Assembly (NCBI RefSeq): GCF_024521635.1 | Contig: NW_026250403.1 | Location: 682,001-746,000 of the forward strand | Direction: 5' to 3' | From: Tricharina praecox | Taxonomy: Eukaryota | Length of the DNA stretch: 64,000 nt | Shown here: positions 13,361 to 24,223 of the stretch, in pieces | Position numbering within the stretch: the stretch's first letter is position 1 | Layout: every line of letters begins with the position of its first letter | The notes under the pieces: generated by a model | Told to the model about the DNA's origin: nothing | The model's database searches: none | What the model saw: only the letters and a program-made list of their open reading frames with translations | Position numbers and translations under genes: made by a program

Positions 13361-16300
13361 ATTTGCTGGCTAAGTTTATCTGCGAGGGATGTGGTGGCGG
13401 TTCGTTCGTGCGTTCGTGCGTTCGCGGTGCGTTCGTTGGTTCGTTGGTTCGTGCGTGTGCGTCGTGGGGGGTTTGGGGGGGGAGGGATGGGATGGGATGG
13501 ATGGGATAGTTATGTAGGTCGTCCGTTCGCTCGTTGGGTGGAAATCTTTTGTTCGGTCGGCCCGGACGGTGAGTGGCGTGGGGTAGGGTTGGTGGCTCGC
13601 GCTCGCGCGAAATGGTGGCGGCCGCGCTATAGGGCTGACAGATACCTGGGCGGGAGGGGGTCTGCGCTTGCTTCATGGAGTTTGTATACCGTACCGTGCC
13701 GATGGATGCACAGAATCGCACTCGCAACCCGTCATTCGCCACCCGTCACCCGTCTTGGTGGAATCGAGTTTACTACAAGGTAGGTATCCGTTGCATGTGT
13801 TATTACGATGCCGTGTATCGTGTATCGTGTATCGAGACTACTGGAGATGGGGAGACGATAGAGTTGGGTATGTGGGTATATACTTGGAGATGTCGTGGCC
13901 GCCACAGTGGGACGCTCGGATATGGTATGTATGTGCAGTATTATAGATTGTTTCGTTTCCAACTGAACGCTCTGCAGTCAATCGACTATCGCGCAAACAA
14001 AAAAAAGGTTGGCTACCTAAGCACCTACCTACTTCATTGATATCCATATCTCGCACCGAAAGCATCCCCCGGGCCCGATAGAGTGGCGTATAGTTAATGC
14101 TCGAGAGTCGAGAGCAGCGTCCCGGATCCAGCCTACTGTACGCCAGTAGTTAATCGAAACAATCTTCGACAACGTGTTTCTGTTTTGGCCAATGGAAAGT
14201 GCTCTCCTCTACTCTAGTGTAGGTCCATATAACTCCATCGTCAAAGTCGACATCCAATGGTAGACGACGGAACGGCAGTAGGGCTATGATACATGTGCTA
14301 TATATCGATACTATACGGTAACTAGTAGCATCATCATCCACGGCGGCCACTAACCACTATATCGCCCGCCCGCGGGAACTTGGTAGACACCTGGAAGATT
14401 GAAGATTGATTGCGGATAAATATCGATATCGATATCGATCTTCCATCTGATCCAGTGCCGGGCCGTTATCTGTAGAGAGTACGGTAGTGTCGCCTTATCG
14501 GAGGTACATACGATTGACACATGGGACGGACACTAGGTAGAGCGGGGCATGTATCTAGTATTTACCGTGCCGGTTGGGTGGGTCGGTCGGTCGCTATGTT
14601 TAGAGTGGGTAGTCAGGAGCTGTGAAGTGCAAAGTCGGCATCCGGCCTGGCCGAACTGCGAATCGTCGGAGTCGCATGGATGTGCCCGAGCAGCCCCCGA
14701 GAGGGCTCTGCGCTGGCAACCCGTCCTACCACCTACAAAGTTCCAACTTCAAACCCTTACTCTAGCGGACGCCGGATTTAGACATCGCCGGATGCGAGAT
14801 TTGCTCCAGACTCCAGAGTCCAGGACTCTCCGGCCGCGGCCACGTAAACATGTGGAACGATAGTGGTGTAAGTGGCAACTTCCGTCCCTGCGGATGGATC
14901 CGTTCGTCTCTCGAGTCTCCCGCGATGAGTATCCGAAAGCCCTTGCGGAAGGTTCTCGCCGAAGGAACTTGGCCGAAATAACTATGTAGGTAAGTAGTCA
15001 AGTACTTACCTCCTATGTACACAGGTACATGTATGTACCCACGCATCCTAAACTTCGCCGTTGACCACGCATCGTGAATCGTGATGATGCCCGTGATCGT
15101 GTCCGTGATCGTGGGTCAGCCGCATTGCGACGATCCTCCTGGTGGATCTCGCTTCTTTGCTTCCAGAAGAAAGACGGGCTGATCCACGATATCGTGGCTT
15201 CCGGATCCTCAGCTGGGTACCGGTACCATGCACAGGTGGATACTCAGGTACCGTACGCACCGGCGCATCTCCATCTCGGTAATACTTCGAGAACATCGAA
15301 TCCGCCGTGGCAACGTGTACTTTCACGTACGGCCGTTCCTGAATTCTACATTATGGATCAAAAGCCTCGGTGGACTTGCTACTTTCGGATGAACAGTGGG
15401 CCCCGACGATGTCATCAGTCATCAGTCACGCCCGACGCCCGACGCCCGTTTCCTGATTGCTGAGTTTTCCGTCCTGGCGTGCTGGTGTACGGCGCAAGTG
15501 CAGATACCGTATGTCCTTACATGTGAAGCGTTGGGAATGGACTCTGGAGACCGTTCCTTCCAATGAGCATTGGGCCAATGTCATTGGCCGCTCCTGGGTA
15601 GTTAGTTAGTGGCTTGTTGGCGGTGGAGTAAGGTACATATCATACCTCATCATACCGATCGATGCTCCCCTCTCTCCCCCCATCCGGCGAGAGACATGTG
15701 GTATGGTAGGTTCATACTGCCTGTCGATACCGATGAGTATCATTCGGCTCCAACGATGTCGAGTTTGGCGCTTGCGCTGCGCGCTTGAACATTGCCAGGT
15801 GGCTAACATGGAGACGACTACAGACCTGGCCGGGTGGGCCCCCCACGCCGACGCAGACGACGCCGGCACTCAGTCGAACTCGTTCCCCACGCTTCAACGC
15901 TCGGCGTATGGATGTCTGTGGGTACATACATGCTCTACTCGCGAGTCGCCAGGCCGATAAGTCGCATACCTAGGCGAGAGCTATCACAGCACCTACTTCG
16001 GTATCGTGTACATATCTAGCGTCCATCGTACTGCCAGCCCACAGCCAGAACTTTGCGGCAAATCACACCCGTGTTGATCTCAGTTCTGCCCAATTGGTTC
16101 ACTGGACAGCACTCGGGGCCCGGCCACAGTAGCGTACCTACCACCATCACACTGCAGCAGCCGGCGGGCTTCCGCGCCCATTGGCCGAACCGGGGTGGAG
16201 GGGGCGAGGGGGGGGGCGGCCATCTGAATTGCGGGATTCCAACCGACGTACATAGAGTACCGCACCGCACCGTACACGTCGGGTGCTCTGTGTGCTCTGT

Positions 16301-19300
16301 GTGCGCCCACAATGATGCGCGCGCAGCAGCAGCAGCATGGAGTAATGGGTTCGAACTTCGAAGCAGCCAGCGTGCATGTGATGGGGCTACAGTAGAATAG
16401 AGTACTGTACGTAGGTGGAGTAGAGTAGAGTACATACCGTACCCAAGTGGCATATGTATGGAGAGCAGAGCAGAGTATCAACACTCGAGAGTATCTTCAT
16501 AGCTGGCAACGCGGCGTGGCGGCCCTGCTTCAACTTGATCGATATTACCCCGCTCTTGCAGCGCACACCGAGTGTGTACTCAGATACATACAGACCGTAC
16601 AGACCGCACATGAGGTATGTACCTGCTGCTGCAAGCTGCGCATGACTGGCTGCCGTTGCGAGCACACACACACACGTACTCACGCACGCACTCTCACACC
16701 ACATACACCACAAATGTAAACCATCCCACATAAACCACAACCATCCTACGAAAGAAAGAAAAGGCCAAAAAGAAAAAGAAAGCAAAAAAACAGAAAACTC
16801 CCGGCTCGCACTGGCCAGGACTCAGCCCATGCATCCGCCGCCGGATGGGGCTACTACACTCGTTACATGCCGTGAACGGAAGAAAAGCCAAGCCCCCAAT
16901 GCCCGCAGTCCACCAATTATCACCGTGCAGATCGGATATACGGCGCACACACACACAGGCGGGCTTCGGAGGACCGTACTACGGTTCGAATCGTGGTTTG
17001 CATGCCTTGAACCTTCACGATACATACTCTAGGTAGGTACCTACTTCGTTGGCGAAGAGTACGGCGCAGCAGCAGATGATGATGAGCTCTACATACATAC
17101 GCACATACACAGGAGAAAGGTCCTCCGAGATCGGATCTCAAACCCAACGCAACCCAGGTCTGCTGGTGTCTCAAACGGCACGGCGTGGCGTGGCGTGGCG
17201 TGGAGGTTCTTTTTTCTTCTTTTCTTTCTTTTCTTGCTCGATCTTGAGATCGGTGGACACTGGACATTGGAAAGACATGGCCATGGCCCATCCACTTAGG
17301 TAAGTATGTGGGATGGCGTTGGTCGGTATATATAAAAAGCTCCTGGCCGCTTGTCCAGTGGCCGCCTGTCCGCCCGTCCGCATGTCCGCCCGTCCGCCGG
17401 CCGTCGGCAGATATATCCCCGCCTCGCCGTCCTTCCAGACCAAGATGGAAGGAGTGGGTGTGGGATTGGGGTGAGAACAACTCCAACTCGAACTCCCGTT
17501 TGCCGTTCGCAGTTCGAATTGGGAATTTGGGATGGGTTCCAATCCAATTGCCGATGTACTAGGAGCTGCCGATAAGTGGTGCCTCACCACCATTACGAGC
17601 TATAATCACTAGTCCATATTAGGAGCACACTAAGCCAGATACAATCAAATGGGTGAGTGGTTGTGACTAAGTTGTAAGGGCGAAAAACGCTAAGTCGTAT
17701 GGGGGCAAAACTGGTGAGGCAGCACTTACCCTTACACCCGTTATGTAAGTTTGTACCGTATGTACTCGTACATCTATATAGAATTTGTGTATCACAACCA
17801 CCAAGCGAGCGAAAGGTCATGAGCTCCCTCCCCCCATCCCGCATCCCGCATCAATCCCACACTAAACGGGGTTTGCCTCCAGCTTTGTTTTTTGTTTTTG
17901 TTTTATCCCAGGCACAATATCGAAGATGGAGGAAAACCAGTTCTGGCATCCATCCGCACCATTCTGCACCCTTTCGAGTCTGAAATTCTGAATCTAGAAA
18001 TCATCGCCGCCGAAACCCGACGAAACCCGCGTCCACCCACTGCCCAGTGCCCAGTGCCCAGTTCCCAGCGCTTGCATTGGCTCTTGGGGGCTTGTCTGGC
18101 ACACTGCAAAGCCGGAGAGGACTACTGCCATGCATGCAGTCTCGTTTGGATTCAGGAAGCGGGTTAAGGGTTTGCATCATCGGACGCTCCCTCCAGCGCT
18201 ATTCGACAGCGCTATTCCTCGTTAGAGCAGTAATTCTGCATTTTTTGTATTTTTTATTTTGCTTTCCAAGAAACTCGGTAATTCCACCGTTGGCCTACTG
18301 CAGCAGATTTAAAAAAAAAAAAAAAAAGTAAAAGTAAAAGAAAGTAATAAAAATAAAAAAGAGGCTGGCGCAAGCACAGTGCAGGATGCAGAGGCCTGAA
18401 GGAGGTTTTGCGGACCCCGTTGCGGCTCGCAGATTCAATGTGCCTGGAAGATCGGTGACGCCTATCCCGTGAACATTTTCTGGTGGTTCCTGCGCCGATA
18501 TCTACTTTCGAGTCTCCAGAGTCTAAACCGGCGACCTCAATTGGAAATATTAGCACAACGTCGACCTGCCTACTGCTACTGCTACCCAAGCAAGTAAGAA
18601 AAGTACGGGGAGAAATTGTATATAATTCCATTGAGGATATAATGGGGAGAATATAGTGCTCCGCTCTGCTCCGAATACTATACGATAGTACAGTGGAGAA
18701 GTACAGGTGGAGTAATATCGAAATGGAAGAACTTTCCTTTCGGATGGGACCGACCTCCTTCGCTCGATGCTGCTTCTGCCTTTGCTTCTGCTTCTGCTGC
18801 TGCTTCTGCATATTTCGAGAAGCTGTAGGTCGGGTGGGTAGAGTGCATACCGTATATACCACTTCTGCCATGTATGCCATGTATGTATGATAGAGGTACT
18901 CAATGTGTCTTCCCCACCACCACCAATCACCACCGTCACCATCGCCTCCCAGCTCCAACTTCCTAACTCCAACTTCCGCGTTCGATAAGTACCCAGCGCA
19001 GAGATCATACTCAGAGATAGAGAGAGGAGAGAGAATTAAAACCCAAACAGCTGAAAAACGCCCGCAGGCCGGCATCCCTTGCTCCCCTTCCCCCCCATCC
19101 ATGGCGGGCGTTGTCGACGTGTTCAACGAAAGCAGGCAGGGCCCCTTGTCCCATGTCCCTTCTCCCCTCCCTTGTCACATATAACTATGCGTTACACACG
19201 TAGTAAATACTCGTACCTGCGACAGCATCTCATTCTCGGGACGAACGAACAGAACGGGGAACGGAAAGGGCTGGTACTGTACTGTACTCTAGCTCTCTAG

Positions 19301-21507
19301 ATGTGAAACGAGATGTTTTGCGTCGCGCACCGCGCGCAGCGCAGAGGCGCTGACATGTGGGGGAGATGGGGGGAGATGGCCGGGAACGGACGAGCGCGAG
19401 GAGGAACAGCGTGTGCGAGGAGGGACAGCGTGTGCGAGGGAGGGAGATGGCGTTGTCTCTGAGCTCTCCAGCTCTACGTACAGCTTCCGGGGTCGGTATG
19501 TGAGTATGTGAGTGCTCACTCAGCCCAGCCTTGCCAGGCCATGCCATGCCATGCCATGCATCTACCCGTCCGTCCGTGTGTCCGTCCGTCTATCAGTCCG
19601 TCATCATATCGCCGTTTCATAACATCATGATGTACCACCATACCACCACCACTACTCTAGGTATACAGAGGGTGTGTCTATGTGTGTGTGTGTGTGTAGT
19701 GATGTACCGACCTCCCATGATGTACCGACCTCCTTCACTTCACTTCGATTCATGGAGGAGGGGGGGCGGAAGGGAAAGGAAACAGGTAACGAAAGCGGAT
19801 CGCCGGTGAGCAGGGGCCCTAAGGGAAGCCGTCCAGAGCAAATCGCTCATCACGACGACTGCGACGATCCTCCCTCCCCTCCTCGCCTTCGAAATCCCGC
19901 GATCCGATCAAGCGTGCGTAGGGAACATGGAGCCGCGCTGTAAGGCTCTGGCGGGTTCTCCCCAAACAGGGCAGAAGGTAGAAGCCTGCCGACTTGACGA
20001 AACTGGATTGGACGGGATTGGCTGCACTGGTCTGGTCACTGGACTGGATTGGCTGGACTGACTGCACTGGCTGCCGTTCCGAGCGCGGGACGGGATCGGC
20101 TCGATCGTCCATATGGCTCACACTACGACTCGGTCACGAAAGAAACATGGAAGGGATGGAAGAACAAGTGGAAGCTCCCCCCGAAAGTGGCAAACCCCGA
20201 TCCTTCCGACAAGGGCCCGGAGAAGCGGCGGATTTTTTTCTTCCCCGTCCCCTTTCCCCCCTTCCCTCCCTCATTGACGTCTGCCTGTCTGCCTGTCTGC
20301 CTGCCACGTTTTTCCTCGGGGGCCGGGTTTGGTTTGGTTGGGTTGGGTTGGGTTGTGGGGGGTACCTTAATTGCGGCAGCCCGATATGATATCCAATATC
20401 CGTCCGTCTCTGCTTTCCCTTCGCTTTCGAAAAGCTTCCTCGAAAAGTTCTCTGCGTCTCTGCGTTGATAGTGATAGTGATAGTGATAGAGAGGAAGTAA
20501 GCAGATAGCCACCTACATATCTGCATACATGCTCTACATGCTCCAGATGGAGCTCCAGCACACATGGTAGGTGCTCAATCCTACATACATATCATATACA
20601 TCGGAAGTCACCACTTCCCATCCGCCCTTCGCCTTCGCCACTAGAACCACTGGAACCACTGGAACCACTGCAACCAAACCAGCCAGCCAGTCTCCAGTCC
20701 AGTCCTGTGCTGTGCTGTGCTGTGCTGTGGCCGAGCAGAGCACCGAACGAAGGAAGCTGCGAAGCTGCGAAGGTGAGATGAACCACCGCACAGCACTGCA
20801 GCTAGAGGACGCATCTGGCCAGCAGCAGTAGCAGCAGGCGTCACGAGCTCGAGTTTCTCTTCACACACACACCACACTAACACACACACCACACTAACAC
20901 ACCACCATGAAGGAGCAGACTACGAAGGAGCAGCCGTTACACTACACTGGCTAGCCTAGCCACTGCCCGCGCAGGTTAGTTAGTTAGTCAGTTCAGTCAT
21001 CTGGTCTCTTCAGTTCGTTCAGTTCAGTCGATTTCGGATCATATCAGCAACGAAAAAGCAGCCCAGCCCAGCAGAGGCGAAAAGAAGGAAAAGAAGGAAT
21101 AATATAAAAAGAAGGAACGAAAAAAGGAAGAAGAAAAAAACAGGTCTGCGAAGGAAGTGCGAACGCGGCAGCAATCACGATCGTCCTACGTACCCGAGTA
21201 CGTATCTAGAGTACTTACTCTACGTATGTACCGGCCGGCTTCATCGTCCATCGTCCATCGCCCATCGTCCATCGTCCAAGCTTTCTTGAAGGGGGAGGGG
21301 GTGGTGGTGGTAGAGTGAAGACACGGGATAGGACAGGACAGTATGACAGGAGGACAGAGGACAGGATAGAGGACAAGATGAGGATGAGGATGACAGGACA
21401 AGATGACAGAGGACAGAGGATGGCTATGTATCGATACTCTGATACTCTGATACTCTTCGTACCACGTACGGGGCTGTGCCACCGCAACTGCCACAGGGCT
21501 GCTCCTC

Positions 21508-21568
21508 TCCCAAGCTCCCAGGCTCCCAGGCTCCCAGGCTCCCAGGCTCCCAGACTCCCAGGCTCAGG
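21508..21568. repeat. (CTCCCAGG)n octamer tandem repeat
   Basis: About 7 near-perfect copies, read directly. Confidence 0.85.
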
Positions 21569-22893
21569 TTCAGGCCCCAGCTGGAGTCCATCATAGGCAA
21601 GTATAGGTAAGCAGTAACACCACCAGTACACTGCCGCACAATGAAACACCGTCTACGATATGTACTCTTACCACCTCCGGGGGGTGGACGCAAACGTGGG
21701 TTGCGTGTTTACCTACCAATCCACAATCAATTCCTTCAGTGTGTATGTGTGTATGTAAACCAACCAACCAACCCCCAGCAAGGAAAGTCATAATCAGCTG
21801 GGGCGGGCGCCGGGCGCATTATGCCTCACGGTCGTTACACCGGCCGACAGCGGCGGCAGAAACCCAGATATCCCCCTTCCCCCCGAAAGAAAGGGAATGC
21901 GAAATAGATCCCCATCCACCCATCCATCTAACCCAGTGCGTGCAATAATACCCACCCACACCACACCACGCCCCATCTGTCCCGCGCTGGAGCGGAACCA
22001 GCGTTTATTCGTCTCCAAACATTTTCCATCAAGATTTCCAGATATATGCGAATTTCGATTGCTTGACACTGATTGATTGATTGAATCCCGCCCCCCCATG
22101 CCCCATGCCCGGCATCAGCTTTTTGCAATTCTTCGGGTCTGCCGTCCCATCATCTGCTAAAGACCAGCTGTGCTGTAGATACTCTCTAACCCTTTTCCCG
22201 ATCCCCAATTCCATCCATCCAATCCATCCCCCCCCCCCAACCGTCCTCCTACCCTGGCGGCCTTGCCTGAGAGCTGCCTGCCTGCCTGCCAAAATTCCAT
22301 CCCAATGCAACATACAAATGTCCGCTCGACAGGACCGAATCCACCAACCCATAACCAAATCAAGCCGATGTGCCCGCCAGTAGGCCACCGGTGCCCGTGT
22401 AGAGAGAAGAAAGGAAAATCCTCCATCTAACTCCCAGCAACTGGAAAAGAAGCTGGAATGGTACATCATCATCCAAGGGTATACATGCAGAAAAATGAAG
22501 AAATGAACATGGGAAGAAAGGGATACAAAGATGTAGGTATGCAACGCGCCGTCGCCGTCCAAGACTTGCAAGAACACAAAAACAAAAAAAAAATACAAAG
22601 TGCCGCCCAACCCAGATACAAAAGAAACCCATTTTAACATGTATGACTTGTCCCCAAAACCCCATAGATACAATTCCGTGCACCGGCAAACCCCAGAAAA
22701 AAAAACCAAAGGAGGAAAAAAAGAAAAAAAGAAGAAAAAACATCACAACCCAACTCCTTTAACCCACAACGCTCCAAAACGACAAAAAGGCAGGTAAACA
22801 AAAAGACCCCAAGAAAAGAAATAGAGCTCAAACTCCAATTAGCATTAAGAAAATTAATAAGAAAACTCCGTGTTTGGGTATCGGATATATCGC

Positions 22894-24223
22894 TTAGAAG
22901 ACCTGCACGCCATTGTGTTGGGCCAACTGAGCGTTCATGTTCTGGACCTCCTCTCGTCGGAACAATGGGAATTGTTGCCAGAAGCTACGAGCTGAGGGAA
23001 CGAAATCCAGAGATGATGGCAGGACGGCTGGGCTGGTCTCGGCATCGGGATAGTAGGAAGATGAAGGCGATGATACGTTCGAAGACTGTGACACGGCAGA
23101 TTTGTTGTACGCGTACGGGTGGAGAACCGGCTGGCCGTGAGCCTGGGAAGACTCCTGAGGAGTGACCGGGGCTTCGGTGTACTTGGGACCAGTGAGGTTG
23201 AACTCGGGCATCTCCTGAAGGTTCGAGAGGGATGCCTCCGAGAGCGGCGGGCTGTCCATTGCTCCGGGAGTGTTGGTGAATCTAGGGCAGGCCATGATAC
23301 GGGCTCGCAGCTCGGGAATGGAGATTCTCTTCATAGGGTTCGGCTCGAAGACCTTCTGGAGGATGACGTTCAGGCCGGGAGACAGGGGAAGGATTGATCG
23401 CAGGAACTGGCGATCCTTAAGGTAGGCACGGTAGGTGCTGTCGGATTGGGAGGCTCGCTTCCAAGGATTCCGGCCACAGGTGAGGTTGACCAGGATGACA
23501 CCGAGGGACCAAACATCGTTGGGTGCGGAAGCGTAACAATTCGCTGTTCGGGAAGAGGATTGCTGGCATTCTGGAGGGGTACCAAATTAGCTCATGTCAG
23601 ATGGGTAGCGAATCGGACGGGGGGGGAGGTAATTGCTTACCAGGAGACATGTAGAATGTGGAACCGCAGCCGAAATCATTGGTGTAGCTGTCAGTGGTGG
23701 CCAATCCGAAATCGGCGAGCTTGACTTCCATTCCACGGTTGCAAACCAACACGTTCTCCGGCTTGAGATCCCGGTGGTAGATGCCTAGTGAATGGCAGTA
23801 CTCGACGGCATCCAGAAGCTGGAGGAAAATCCGTCGGGCCAATTCGTCGTTTCCGACGTAGTGGCCTCGCTCGGTGATGTTGGTGAAGAGGTCACCTTCC
23901 GGGCAGTATTCCATGATGACGAATGTGCAATCCGAGGTCTCGACGATCTTCATCAACGAGACCACATTAGGGTGAGCGCTGGCCTTGAGGTGGAGGGCGA
24001 TCTCCCTCTGCTGGAAGCGCTTCTGTCGTGCGTCCAGTCCGTTCTTAGTCAAAGCCTTGACGGCATAGGGTGTGCAGGTGAAGATGTCGACAGCATTGTA
24101 AACAACTCCGTAAGCTCCAATTCCAAGGACACCAGTCAGCTCCAGGCGGCCGGCGAGCAGCTGGCCTATTCTGTCCTCGGGGCTTGTCGAGGAAACGCTG
24201 GAGGAAGAAGACGAAGAACTCAT
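22894..24223 (-). CDS. ran1: Ran1/Pat1-Sks1/Vhs1 family Ser/Thr protein kinase (exons 24223-23641, 23570-22894; 419 aa)
   Basis: Motifs LGIGAYGVV, YAVKAL, REIALH, EYCPEGDLF, YHRDLKPEN, KLADFGLAT, FGCGSTFYMSPE and NDVWSLGVILVNLTCGRNPW. Confidence 0.92.

Noticed and set aside
18236-18362. U-rich/A-rich inverted repeat and poly(A) run
   Set aside because: Low-complexity complementarity, and no flanking TSD was found.
19880-19930. TPP-riboswitch-like fragment (CTTCGAA...GATC...GCGTAGGGAA)
   Set aside because: It lacks the upstream CTGAGA motif and the P5 stem, and no thiamine gene or intron context is present.
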